From: Nitrospirales bacterium
Lineage (GTDB): Bacteria; Nitrospirota; Nitrospiria; Nitrospirales; UBA8639
Direction of reading: 5' to 3'
Length of the DNA: 64,000 bases
Assembly (NCBI GenBank): GCA_965223295.1
Contig: CBDCWC010000003.1
Location: 1,408,001-1,472,000 of the forward strand
Within the stretch, counting starts at the first letter, position 1. The number at the start of each line of letters is the position of its first letter. The notes under the pieces were generated by a model that saw only the letters and a program-made list of their open reading frames with translations, ran no database searches and was not told the origin of the DNA. Below are positions 1-9,500 of this stretch, one piece after another. The position numbers and the translations under genes are program-made.

Positions 1-282
1 AACGGCGACATACACATTCAACTCTTGATGAGCAAGCATTGTTCCATCATTGGTGCACCCTGAAGTGCCAAAGCTGATGCCAAAGGTCTGTGACGCAAAT
101 GTCAGATTGGTTGTGCTCATTAAGACCTGTGGAAGAATGTGCTGTTGATGAGGATAGTCTCCCCAGGCAAGTTTCCCTAACCCACATCCTGGACCAGTGT
201 CAGGGTGTGCGCCAAGAGCTAGTCCGGTAGATCCGGAAAGGAAAAGTGCGGTAGCAATGGCATTATATATTTTCTGGTTCAT
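1..282 (-). CDS. DUF3015-family secreted protein (runs off the window edge; absent from the ORF track)
   Basis: Manual translation from ATG at 282: MNQKIYNAIATALFLSGSTGLALGAHPDTGPGCGLGKLAW...STTNLTFASQTFGISFGTSGCTNDG...; signal peptide plus GCGLG and TFGISxGTSGC motifs typical of DUF3015. Confidence 0.75.
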   Translation of the reverse strand, partial: MNQKIYNAIATALFLSGSTGLALGAHPDTGPGCGLGKLAWGDYPHQQHILPQVLMSTTNLTFASQTFGISFGTSGCTNDGTMLAHQELNVYVAV

Positions 283-456
283 AAGATTTGCCGTTGAGAA
301 AAAATGACAAAAGAAGAGCGTCGTTCTTCGTACAAACGAATATAGCATATTTCGATGAATTAAAAAGTCATACCGTACAAAAAATGTCACGGCTATTGCG
401 AGCCTTTTTGAACGGGCTACACAAAAGAAAACTGAGGAAGTCACTCGGTAGACTAA

Positions 457-1518
457 TTACGCCGAGGAAAAATTTGGAGTTTCGTGATTGCTCTTTTGTT
501 CTTCTGCTTGATGAGGAATAGATAGGTTGGCTTTCTTACATGTGGCAAGTAATCGTTGCAGCGCCAACTGACCTTCTTGGTAATGTGGGTGAGCGGCGGT
601 AAATTGTTGCATGGTAGAAAGGGCTTCCTGTACCTGCCCAGTTTCGAGTAAAAGTGCTGATAGTTTTAACCATCCGGCTAGATGCTCAGGGTTACGATGA
701 ACCAGGGATTGTAATGTCTGTATTCCCTCTTGCAATTTGCCAAATTTGACGCAATTGTCTGCAAACGTTTCATAGAGCAGGATATCTAAAGGAGACGGCT
801 GATTGGGTTGTTCTAGTTGTCTCCAGTGTACTGGTAACTTCTGCGTGATGGACTGAAATTTTTGTGCGAGGTGAAAGCGATGGTCGAAGGGTTGAACGTC
901 ATGAGTTGGGGAATGTTCAAAGTCGGTATAGTCAAGAAAATCTAGGCCATTATTTTGGAGTCTGCTAATAATTTCCGGTCTGGAGTACGAGCGAATACCG
1001 ATTGTGTCCTCAAGTGACACATCACAAGATGGCCCAATTGGTACTTGTAAAGCCAAATACCCTTTTGATGTGAGGACCCGGTTAATCTCGCCTAGATAAT
1101 TTTCAAAAACAGGTTTGGGCATATGCTGAAATGCGACGTAAGAATACACAAGGTCAAAGGATTGATCACTGAATTCGCAAAGGTCTACTCCCGACGTTTC
1201 GTAGGTTGCAACATGAGGACATTCAGCGAGCCAGGCTTTACTTTGGGCAATCATGGTAGAGGAGACATCAATCCCTACGAGCGTATCAAAATACTTCGCC
1301 AATGGTTTGAGAACTCGTCCTATGCCGCAACCAATGTCCAAAACCTTCCAACTTGGCTGTTGTAACCCCCTTAACGCCTCTAAGAGTGACTCTGCTGTGG
1401 CATGTCCAGATTGAGCAAAGATTTCTTCTGTGTGGTAATGTTCCGTAGCAATCCAAAATCTGGAGTGATGCTGCGCCCGTTGCTCCCAATCGTGTTTCAT
1501 TTTTTCAGAAATGTTCAT
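457..1518 (-). CDS. Class I SAM-dependent methyltransferase with C-terminal TPR region
   Basis: VLDIGCGIGR motif I, FDLVYS motif; C-terminal helical repeats (NPEHLAGWLKLSALLLETGQVQEA). Confidence 0.8.
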   Translation of the reverse strand: MNISEKMKHDWEQRAQHHSRFWIATEHYHTEEIFAQSGHATAESLLEALRGLQQPSWKVLDIGCGIGRVLKPLAKYFDTLVGIDVSSTMIAQSKAWLAECPHVATYETSGVDLCEFSDQSFDLVYSYVAFQHMPKPVFENYLGEINRVLTSKGYLALQVPIGPSCDVSLEDTIGIRSYSRPEIISRLQNNGLDFLDYTDFEHSPTHDVQPFDHRFHLAQKFQSITQKLPVHWRQLEQPNQPSPLDILLYETFADNCVKFGKLQEGIQTLQSLVHRNPEHLAGWLKLSALLLETGQVQEALSTMQQFTAAHPHYQEGQLALQRLLATCKKANLSIPHQAEEQKSNHETPNFSSA

Positions 1519-1620
1519 GCAGTATCCCTGCTTTCCTGAAGATAATGTGAGTCAAAAAGAGAATTTTTTGATTGTAACTTTCAAATATGGATAGGTTCTC
1601 GTGCGCGCAGAATATTTTTA

Positions 1621-1635
1621 GCAAATCTGTTGCCA
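1621..1635 (-). promoter_or_regulatory. Putative sigma54 (-24/-12) promoter for the methyltransferase
   Basis: Minus strand reads TGGC-AACAGAT-TTGC, consensus spacing, ~100 bp upstream of the start. Confidence 0.6.
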
Positions 1636-1843
1636 GCTTTTTCTGCAGGCGAACATGACTTAGGGGTGTTCAGTTCCTCTGATTTCTTCGAGCCATAAGA
1701 ATTAGTGGAGAGGTAGATCGAGGGTGCTACCTATACGCTGGGTGGGCAAATCATGGAAGTGGCAGAAAAGTCTGCCTATTGATCAGCACGAAAAATTAAA
1801 AGTCTAGCTCCAAGGTTAGCTGTAGTGGGAAGGAGTAAGAAGG

Positions 1844-2344
1844 CTAGACGAAAAGATCAATACGTGGAAAGGATGGAACTGCAGTTTTCTGATTTTCGCC
1901 AGCAGGCGTATCCTCTTTCTGCTGAAGTTCACGTCGGGCTTTGGCTTCTAAGGTACTGGCCGAGGCAGCAACTGCCCGGTCTTGAGCTGACGGATCGGCT
2001 GGTGCCAGGGCGGCAGCGCGAATTTGTTTGGCTTTCCGTATGGTCGCTTCAGGGTTTCCTGACACAGGAGATGTATCAATGTTGACTTCTCCTCCCACAG
2101 CATATTGTTTTCCATCCGGACCCCGTTGAAAAGAAAATGTTGCGCCGCCTTTCGCAAGGCCGCCGGAAGCTGCGATATGAGCTTGTTCATGTGCTCGCAC
2201 TTCTCGATCCCGTTCCCGTAATTTCGCTATTTCAGCTTGGTCGTGTGTTGTGGGTTCTTGCGATATCTGTGTTTGTCCTTGAAGCCCGGTAACGCTCGGG
2301 CGTGTTAAGAAAATAGAATGTGAATGAAAAGATCTAATTTCCAT
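1844..2344 (-). CDS. SprA-related / CJM1_0395-family putative metalloprotease-like protein
   Basis: RDREVRAHEQAH and GPDGKQYAVGGEVNID...AALAPADPSAQD motifs. Confidence 0.75.
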   Translation of the reverse strand: MEIRSFHSHSIFLTRPSVTGLQGQTQISQEPTTHDQAEIAKLRERDREVRAHEQAHIAASGGLAKGGATFSFQRGPDGKQYAVGGEVNIDTSPVSGNPEATIRKAKQIRAAALAPADPSAQDRAVAASASTLEAKARRELQQKEDTPAGENQKTAVPSFPRIDLFV

Positions 2345-2462
2345 ACTATCATCCTCTTCCAGAGGTATTTCGGTTGTTTTGCCGCAAGAGTTGACTTGAG
2401 AAGAGAGGGTTCATGGTCCCAGTGTAAAAGGATACGAAGGAACGCGATGCTCTTTGCACAAT

Positions 2463-2653
2463 GGGCGTGTTGAATAATGAAGATATCAAGGGCCATATTT
2501 CGCCAGGAAGTCCTTGGCGATCAACAGCGTCGGGTCTGTTCAAAAAAGTCCGTCCAGCAAGGCCACAGCCATTTTTGCGCGCGGAGCGTGCTGGTCCTCC
2601 GTGAGCACGGAACAATGGCGAGAACGCCGCTGGCGGCTTTTTTCAACGGACCC
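2463..2653. mobile_element. MITE family A copy 1 (191 bp)
   Basis: Ends GGGCGTGTTGAATAA...TTTTTCAACGGACCC, internal TIR GGGTCTGTTCAAAAAA at 2532, ACAAT duplicated on both flanks; homologous to six other loci. Confidence 0.85.
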
Positions 2654-2787
2654 ACAATTTATGTGTAGGTTCTAGGACTATCTTATTAGTTAGGCGAGGA
2701 TAGAGGGCCTTTCTGCTGATGAGGAAGGAAAGGTGCAACGTTCTTGTCGCAGTTAACGCTTTCTTGATGGCTAAATCCGAACACTCC

Positions 2788-3048
2788 TTATTTGCAATGG
2801 CGACGTAGTTTTTTAATTACGGTCTTTGTTTCCAGAATAGGTTTTGTGGGCCATAGGGTTAATGCTCCCATAAAAATACTTAATATGACTAGGAGCAAGA
2901 GAGTTGTTGTTGTATCTGGCCTATTGATTTGTCCGACTTGAAAATTTTGAGCATTGGCAAGAATTTGGTCAGCTGCGGAAGCCCCACCTAGTAACATCAT
3001 CGTCATCATGGACCCTATAATCATTCCTCCAAATATTTTTAACATCAT
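2788..3048 (-). CDS. Small hypothetical membrane protein
   Basis: AAGGAG RBS upstream; two hydrophobic segments, basic C-terminus. Confidence 0.55.
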   Translation of the reverse strand: MMLKIFGGMIIGSMMTMMLLGGASAADQILANAQNFQVGQINRPDTTTTLLLLVILSIFMGALTLWPTKPILETKTVIKKLRRHCK

Positions 3049-3358
3049 GTTTCTCCTTGGTGAGTGGGTTGAAGTGCTGTCTATGAATCCGCTCTTCGAT
3101 TCGTCGAATTGCTGACTCCAATACCTTGATAGTCACTGTGTTCGTTCTAGGGGAAAGCATGTTTAGCCTTCCATCTCATGTTGTCTATAGAAATATCTGG
3201 AGAAGGGGGTATGAGTAAATAACGCGAACGAGCTAGCCTTTTTAGCTGTTATTGACAGTTTTCTGGCTAAAGGGCGTGTTTCTGTGGTAGGCCTAAAAAA
3301 TGATAAGAAAGTTTAAAGTATTATCGTTCAAGAAAAGAGAGGCGTGAACAGAATAGGG

Positions 3359-3727
3359 CTAATTTTGAAGGGCTAGATGAACCATGGAAACAAACTCGCT
3401 GAAATTACACGGTTTGTCCAATATCGCAAAGACTCCAGCCTGTTGTGCTCGTTGCTTATCCGCTTCCTTGAGGTGCCCACTTAAAAGGATGACCGGAGGT
3501 TCATTGGCTGGTTTCTGATGTTGTTGGATTTGCTCAATAAAATCTAAGCCAGTTAGAACGGGCATTTGGTTATCAGAAATGATCAGATCAGCCTGATGTG
3601 TGTCTAACCATTCTAAGGCTTCTAAGCCATTTTCTACTTCAACACATTGTAACTTTTGGGATTGCAAGACAAGGCTCAACGCTTCGCGAGCACTCTTATT
3701 ATCATCGACTAACAGTACTTTTTTCAT
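3359..3727 (-). CDS. Single-domain response regulator (CheY-like receiver)
   Basis: VLLVDD, ISDNQMP (phospho-Asp), LSG and KP motifs. Confidence 0.9.
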   Translation of the reverse strand: MKKVLLVDDNKSAREALSLVLQSQKLQCVEVENGLEALEWLDTHQADLIISDNQMPVLTGLDFIEQIQQHQKPANEPPVILLSGHLKEADKQRAQQAGVFAILDKPCNFSEFVSMVHLALQN

Positions 3728-3910
3728 CGTTTCAATCTTTTCATCTGGCTACAACCGGTGTCTTAATTTGGCAGTCATGATACTGTGACATTGGAAACCC
3801 AGTTCGTCCATCCCTCTCATGGGTTAACGATTTTTTGCAAACATGCGTTCTTAGTCGACTCTGGCGTTTTTGAACTTGTCTTTCAGTATACCTTACAACC
3901 AAATGTGTTC

Positions 3911-4150
3911 TCATTGTGAAGAAGTAGGAACGGCGGTATAGCCTTTCCTCTCCATACATGCTTCAATTGTGTAGGCGTGTTTTGAGAATCCTGTCGTTCC
4001 TGTTCCCAGCAGTGAATCCTCACATTCAGCCTTGTCCCTAGAAAACGTCGCTTGGCTGACGCCAGTCTTGTACCATTTTGTTGGCTGTGCACACCCTATA
4101 CAGATGCTCAGAGCCAATATAAAGCTGTACGCTAGCATTCTCATCATCAA
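3911..4150 (-). CDS. Small lipoprotein
   Basis: Hydrophobic signal with CIGC lipobox-like site; WYK...RDKAEC...CMERKGY pattern. Confidence 0.6.
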   Translation of the reverse strand: MMMRMLAYSFILALSICIGCAQPTKWYKTGVSQATFSRDKAECEDSLLGTGTTGFSKHAYTIEACMERKGYTAVPTSSQ

Positions 4151-4242
4151 GAGTAATTATTGAGAAAAATCAAAGGTTATTAATTGTAGTTATTTTTTTA
4201 TGCAAATATCAATCTTAGGAGAAAACTTGGGATCTATTCAGC

Positions 4243-5034
4243 TCAAGAGATTTCTTCACGAATTTGTTTGAGACTCCATGTTGCCCAAAAATGCACGTTT
4301 GGTGTCGGATCTGTTTCCTGGGCTTGGCGAAGTGCGGGAATATCGGTAGAACTTCCTAATTTTCCTAACCGAAAGGCCGCTTCCGATCGAACACTGACAT
4401 TGGCATCTTGAAGAAGATGTGTCCGTAAGACTAAAAGGCCTCGTGGATCTCCTAGTTCGCCCAAACCTGCGATAGCGCTTTGACGAATCAGAGGGTCGGA
4501 ACTTTTGAGTGCTTGAATGAAAACCGGATATGCGAATGGGAATTCAAATTGTGACAGGGTTTGAATAATCGCCAATTGGGTGGCAGGGTTGGCGATGGTA
4601 TACGCTTCGGCTAATACCTGGATGACCTTTTCAGAAATGGTTGTACGACTGAGGGCTAAAACAACAGTCTGCCGAACCGATTCAGATGGATCGGCCACAT
4701 GTTGTACGAGTGCAACCAGAGCGTCGTGTGTGAGCGAGTCTTCAAGACTCCCCAACGCCCACGCGCTCCATTGTCTGACTTCTGCATCTGAATCGGAAAG
4801 AGCTGATATCAGGGCCTCAATACTTTGAGGATGACTAATTTTCCCCAACGACATTGCCGCAGTTCGTCGTGTGTCAGGTTCGGAGTCAGCTAACAAAACG
4901 ATAAGTCGTTCTGTAATCTGTTCTGGTGGGTCAGGGGGTGTTTCGATGACGCAGCCTACAAGAGAAGAGCCAAAGAGGCACAGAAACCCATTGACCAAGA
5001 AGGAGGATGGTAAGAAGAAGGAGAAGTGTGACAA
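4243..5034 (-). CDS. HEAT (PBS-lyase-like) repeat protein, probable lipoprotein
   Basis: Repeated LxDxDxxVRxxAAxALGxL units; N-terminal hydrophobic stretch with LVGC. Confidence 0.8.
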   Translation of the reverse strand: MSHFSFFLPSSFLVNGFLCLFGSSLVGCVIETPPDPPEQITERLIVLLADSEPDTRRTAAMSLGKISHPQSIEALISALSDSDAEVRQWSAWALGSLEDSLTHDALVALVQHVADPSESVRQTVVLALSRTTISEKVIQVLAEAYTIANPATQLAIIQTLSQFEFPFAYPVFIQALKSSDPLIRQSAIAGLGELGDPRGLLVLRTHLLQDANVSVRSEAAFRLGKLGSSTDIPALRQAQETDPTPNVHFWATWSLKQIREEIS

Positions 5035-5041
5035 GAAATAG

Positions 5042-5845
5042 CTATACAGAGCCGGAAGGTTCTTTTGGGGCCAATGGTTCCTTGGCTATTTCAATAGACT
5101 CTTTCATTTCCTGTTCAGCTGATTCCAATTCAGCTTGAATTGTCCGCATTTGGGGGTCGATAGAGTTTTGAATGTCGGCGGCAGCGTCGCGGAAGGTTCG
5201 TACCGCACTTCCCAGGCCCTTACCCAATGATTCCATGTCTTGTGGCGCAGGTGCTGCTGTAGCTTGAGCTTTGAGGGCTGCCTGCTGAGCCTGGACCCTT
5301 GCAACCGCTTTTTTATTGACAATAGCAGAAGGACGTTTTGCTAAAGGTTTAGCCTGAGCGCTTGTAGGGAGAGGGGGGTATTGGCCTGAGGCGGTTGGTG
5401 CTGGTTGTGCCAGTCGGTCTTCCATGGACACTGGACCAGGGATAGTCATATGAGGTTGCTCTGGTGGCGTAGAGGAAATTTTTGCGGCTTGACCGGGTTG
5501 TTGGGCTGGTTTAGGCCCAGCACCTTGGTAGAGTAAGGCCGCAGTTGTCCCCGGAGTCTGCTCAGGTCCGGGTTGATAAGGTTGATTGGCTGTTTGAGTC
5601 GCTTCTTGAGGTGTACCTGAATTCGATGCCTGTGCTAAAGGGGTTGTGCCCTCTGGTTCTCCTGTAGGTGGATTCGCTGGATCATTAGGGTCCATCGCAG
5701 AAGGTAAGTCAGCCACTTCTTTCTTAAAGCCTTTCAGGGCTTTTCCTACGCCTTCACCAATTTGAGGGAGACGCCCAGCCCCGAAAATAATCAAGATGAT
5801 CACTAATATGATCATCAATTCTGAGAACCCCATGGTGCCGAACAT
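5042..5845 (-). CDS. tatA: Extended twin-arginine translocase TatA/TatB-family subunit
   Basis: MFGTMGFSELMIILVIILIIFGAGRLPQIGEGVGKALKGFKK is the TatA TM-hinge-amphipathic helix; long Pro/Gln/Ala-rich tail. Confidence 0.75.
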   Translation of the reverse strand: MFGTMGFSELMIILVIILIIFGAGRLPQIGEGVGKALKGFKKEVADLPSAMDPNDPANPPTGEPEGTTPLAQASNSGTPQEATQTANQPYQPGPEQTPGTTAALLYQGAGPKPAQQPGQAAKISSTPPEQPHMTIPGPVSMEDRLAQPAPTASGQYPPLPTSAQAKPLAKRPSAIVNKKAVARVQAQQAALKAQATAAPAPQDMESLGKGLGSAVRTFRDAAADIQNSIDPQMRTIQAELESAEQEMKESIEIAKEPLAPKEPSGSV

Positions 5846-6025
5846 GGTGTAACCCTTTCTTTATCAGTCAAATATCAGACTCTGCCCGCTAAATAGCTGA
5901 AAAGACTCTATCTTTCAAGATTGACGAGTGTCAACCCAAATGGGGTAGGCTTGGATTCACAGGGTAGAGTTAGAGTCTTCTCTTGCCTCCTGGCAATCTT
6001 CTTTGAGAAAGTGAATTTTGTTATA

Positions 6026-6490
6026 ATGACTCTTCTTTCGCCACCACAGATACCACTCTTTCGCATAACTCTTTTTTATGGGCCGGAAGAAGTTGCTGGC
6101 GCTTCCGACACAATGCACTGTGTCTTTAATGTCAAAAAACGATCTTGGAAAGGTGGCGTGCAAGTTGGAGTTAACTTAGCAAGAGATCAAATACGGCGAT
6201 TACAGGAATCCCTCGAATTTCAGCCGTGGTTACATGACCAAATTCGTGAGATTCCAAGCGATGAGCGAGACGACTTTCTCAAGAAAGGTGCCGACTTATT
6301 TATCCAATTAGTCTGTTTTCACAAGCTTGATATCTTTATTCAGAGGGGCATCCGCCAGGAGAATGGTCAAGTATCCAGTGAGTTGCTTATTTCTGAAACG
6401 GAAGATGTCGTCAAACGCGAAGGTGAGGACATAAAGCGACAGATTTTAATTGAGTTGGATGTTGAAGCATACAAAACGGGCCACTTTTAA
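6026..6490 (+). CDS. Hypothetical protein
   Basis: Open frame 5921-6490; the in-frame ATG at 6026 is the more plausible start. Confidence 0.55.
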   Translation: MTLLSPPQIPLFRITLFYGPEEVAGASDTMHCVFNVKKRSWKGGVQVGVNLARDQIRRLQESLEFQPWLHDQIREIPSDERDDFLKKGADLFIQLVCFHKLDIFIQRGIRQENGQVSSELLISETEDVVKREGEDIKRQILIELDVEAYKTGHF

Positions 6491-6622
6491 TTCTAGGTAC
6501 AAACTTTGCTTTAGTATAATAAAGTGGTAGTTTGTTTCGAGTAAGACGAGTCATTCTCCGTCTAAGATGGGTTGAGAGACCCACAGTGTTAAGGACAATA
6601 AGAAAAAGGAGGGCCAAGAGTA

Positions 6623-7033
6623 ATGAAAGATACCCCAAATTTTTGGTCAAGTTCAGTACAACAAAGAATAGGCAGTCTTGTGTTGGCCGTGTTTGTACTT
6701 GTCGTTGGATTGGGAATCCCGTCCACCGGTTTGGCTGGTGAGGAAGACTCTAGCCCAAGTGGTGAGGCGGCCATCGGATTGGGGAGCGGACTTTTGACCA
6801 TGGTCTATTTGCCCGTGAAAGTTGTGTATGCCACGCTGGGTGGAATCGTAGGCGGGTTTACCTATGCCCTAACTGGTGGAGATGCAGAAACGGCTCAAAC
6901 CGTTTGGGAACCCAGTGTCTACGGTACCTATGTGATTACGCCGGACCATCTTAGGGGTAATGAGCCCGTTCGATTTTACGGTTCCTCTCCTTATGTAGAA
7001 GAAGAAGCCTATTTAACAGAACAAGTGGACTAG
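6623..7033 (+). CDS. Hypothetical membrane/secreted protein
   Basis: AGGAGG RBS; signal-like segment followed by Gly-rich hydrophobic helices. Confidence 0.65.
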   Translation: MKDTPNFWSSSVQQRIGSLVLAVFVLVVGLGIPSTGLAGEEDSSPSGEAAIGLGSGLLTMVYLPVKVVYATLGGIVGGFTYALTGGDAETAQTVWEPSVYGTYVITPDHLRGNEPVRFYGSSPYVEEEAYLTEQVD

Positions 7034-7036
7034 TTT

Positions 7037-7807
7037 CTGCCTTCTTCGCAAAAAAACCGTAGCCCGATCATTGGGGTGACCCCGGATTTTAATGCCGGCA
7101 ACCGAAAAGATATGGGGGGAAAAGAACCCACATATTTTTTACGAGCCCGGTATATTCAAGCCATTCAAGAATCAGGGGGTATGCCGTTCGTGCTTCCCCT
7201 GGTCACAGGTCGTGCTCAACAAACATTTCTTTTACAACAGCTAGATGGATTACTCGTGACGGGAAGTGGGTCGGACCTGGATCCTCGATTCTACCGAGAG
7301 CAGCAGGAATATCCCTTTCAGCAAATGAGTGAAGAACGGGCTCAGTTAGAGCTAGGGCTTTCAAAATTGGCCTTTGAACAGCAAGTGCCAACTTTAGGGA
7401 TTTGCGGAGGTATGCAATCGATGAATGTGGCCTTAGGTGGGACATTGATTCAGGATATTCCTTCGCAGATTGCTACCAGGATTCAGCATTTACAAAAGAT
7501 TTCCGCGACTAATACCGTGCATCTGGTGAAGATTGCCCCCAAGTCTTTGCTGCGGCGGATTGTCAAGAAATCCGATATCTCCGTCAATAGTTCCCATCAT
7601 CAATCAGTCAAAGCGGTCCCCTCTTTCTTTCAAATTAGTGCCAGAGCTCGGGACGGAGTCATTGAGGCTATCGAAGCTGAGCATCATCCTTTTTGGCTTG
7701 GGGTGCAATGGCACCCAGAATTTTTGTATCGAAAAGATGTTCTTCAACAACGGCTCTTTTCGGCCTTAATTAAGGCGGCCCGCCAGTATGTCCACCAGTT
7801 GGTGTGA
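7037..7807 (+). CDS. Peptidase C26 / gamma-glutamyl-GABA hydrolase family (class I glutamine amidotransferase)
   Basis: PIIGVT, LDGLLVTGSGSD, LGICGGMQ (nucleophile Cys), VNSSHHQ, GVQWHPE; start uncertain (CTG 7037 versus GTG 7076). Confidence 0.85.
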   Translation: MPSSQKNRSPIIGVTPDFNAGNRKDMGGKEPTYFLRARYIQAIQESGGMPFVLPLVTGRAQQTFLLQQLDGLLVTGSGSDLDPRFYREQQEYPFQQMSEERAQLELGLSKLAFEQQVPTLGICGGMQSMNVALGGTLIQDIPSQIATRIQHLQKISATNTVHLVKIAPKSLLRRIVKKSDISVNSSHHQSVKAVPSFFQISARARDGVIEAIEAEHHPFWLGVQWHPEFLYRKDVLQQRLFSALIKAARQYVHQLV

Positions 7808-7869
7808 GATATCTTGGTACACCCCTCCGCAGTTCTCAGCGGTACAAATATCTGGATAAGAGAGTAATA

Positions 7870-8424
7870 TTAGGAGGAAGTTTGAGTCTCTTGTGGGGCG
7901 GCCTTGGCGGCGTTTTCCGGGCCTGCGTCCTTTGAATCCTTTGGGGCTGGAGAGGGTTTGCTTGCAGAATCGGGGGTAGCTGGTTTTGCGTCTGGCTTTG
8001 GAGCGGCAGGTTTCGGTGGAGGTTTAGGTTTTTCTGGCTTAATTCCACCCTCCCAGTGTGGACCTGTGTACATTTCTTGGGCTAACCCGGCCTCTTTCCA
8101 TTTGTTTTCAAAATCGGCCGCCGCACGATTCGGAGTATCGCCGATTCCAACAGTACGATTCCATGGATATATGCGCGGAGCAATCTGGCAAATCGAGCCA
8201 TCTTGACGCATATAGAGAGCAATGGGGTTGCCTCGATAGGGTCCGAAAACAATATGTACAGTTCCGACTAGTTCAGGAAGGGTGTCCACGATGTCATCTC
8301 TGTCTCGATGCCGAATAAAATGGGGAACAATAGTGCCATAGCGTTTCGTGGAGCGCAAGGTAGCGGAGAAGAGAAAATGCTCATGATTGCAAGCGGGACT
8401 GTTTGTTGGCGAAACAGAACTCAC
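7870..8424 (-). CDS. Hypothetical protein with Pro/Ala/Lys-rich C-terminal tail
   Basis: Globular N-terminal half, low-complexity PKP/APK tail; co-oriented with the two upstream genes; start uncertain. Confidence 0.55.
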   Translation of the reverse strand: MSSVSPTNSPACNHEHFLFSATLRSTKRYGTIVPHFIRHRDRDDIVDTLPELVGTVHIVFGPYRGNPIALYMRQDGSICQIAPRIYPWNRTVGIGDTPNRAAADFENKWKEAGLAQEMYTGPHWEGGIKPEKPKPPPKPAAPKPDAKPATPDSASKPSPAPKDSKDAGPENAAKAAPQETQTSS

Positions 8425-8446
8425 TGACGAGCGGGGGAAGAACCTG

Positions 8447-8926
8447 TTATTTGGTCAATAACGGTTCAGCTGTCGATTCAGTCTTTTTCAACAGATATAA
8501 CGCAACCATCAGTACGAGAATGACGATAACATGCAATCCCATATCCATTAAGTAATGGCGGAAGACTTCTTCAGGGACATTTTCTTGATGAGAAAATTCG
8601 GCTCCGGCAGTTAGGATACGTCGAACTGAAGCGATGATTCCCACATGCAAAAAAGGTTCAAGCCGAATGCGATCAGACTGTAAAAACCCTAAGACCGTCC
8701 GAAATAATTCTAAAAGGATAATGACAAAGAGCAAATCATTGAGCAACGTAATCGTGGCAGGCAAAAAGGCTTGATTCACGTGTTGTGCGTAGGCATACCA
8801 GCTGTACCCAAAAACCAGCATACCGACAATGAGAAAACTCAAGCAGGCGGTGATATAGCCCCACCGATCCAGAAACTGCATCCACTTGACCCATTGCTTA
8901 ATGGATTCTGGCGTCCAACCCAACAT
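8447..8926 (-). CDS. PsiE-family membrane protein
   Basis: LLFVIILLELFRTV and PFLHVGIIASVRRIL motifs; four TM segments. Confidence 0.75.
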   Translation of the reverse strand: MLGWTPESIKQWVKWMQFLDRWGYITACLSFLIVGMLVFGYSWYAYAQHVNQAFLPATITLLNDLLFVIILLELFRTVLGFLQSDRIRLEPFLHVGIIASVRRILTAGAEFSHQENVPEEVFRHYLMDMGLHVIVILVLMVALYLLKKTESTAEPLLTK

Positions 8927-8940
8927 GATATAAAACTTCC

Positions 8941-9342
8941 TTATGCCGTTCCTTGGTGTGGGGTATTGGGTGTGGCTTCGGGGTTTTGCTCTTCATTTCG
9001 CACCTGCCCAAATTTCAAGTCTTGCATCCCACGGGTTCCAATTGAATGCCCACAGCACATCACTTTTTGAAACCCTTCTCCGCCTCCCATGACCATAAGC
9101 CGAAGACCACACGAATCTGTGGACACCCGATTTTCATCAAGAGTCATGCCGATGACTAACGGACCTTTTTTACGGCCTCGACCTTGGTTGAGTGAGGGGA
9201 CGACGTCTTCTTCCGTTAATTCGTGCCCACAACAAATGATTTTTTCAAACCCTTCCCCGCCGTGCATCACCTTTAGGACTAATCCGCACGAATCAGGATA
9301 CCGCTTATGTTCATCAATGATATCACCCTTTTTTAAGGCCAT
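8941..9342 (-). CDS. Tandem desulforedoxin-like Cys-rich protein
   Basis: Two repeats of DSCGLxLxVMxGGEGFxKxxCCGH; AAGGAG RBS. Confidence 0.65.
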   Translation of the reverse strand: MALKKGDIIDEHKRYPDSCGLVLKVMHGGEGFEKIICCGHELTEEDVVPSLNQGRGRKKGPLVIGMTLDENRVSTDSCGLRLMVMGGGEGFQKVMCCGHSIGTRGMQDLKFGQVRNEEQNPEATPNTPHQGTA

Positions 9343-9500
9343 GGCTCTCTCCTTTTTATGAATGAAAAAAGCTTTGGAATATTAATTGTTCTACACGCGC
9401 AAATAGACTTCGAGGTCATAAAGAAAAAGTGTCGAAAGGTAGCTAAACAAATTGCCAAGCACAATGTCCAGAAATGTAAGAGGTCCTCCACGCGAGGGAG

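Noticed and set aside
289-418. Possible highly degenerate MITE family A core (GCCGTTGAGAAAAAA...GCGTCGTTCTTCG...TTTTTGAACGGGC)
   Set aside because: Similarity is patchy, with no clear TSD or right module; not called without an alignment score
2349-2668. Short ORFs containing KKSVQQGHSHFCARSVL (similar ones at 27439-27823, 34081-34284, 44583-44824)
   Set aside because: Translations of the MITE, not independent genes
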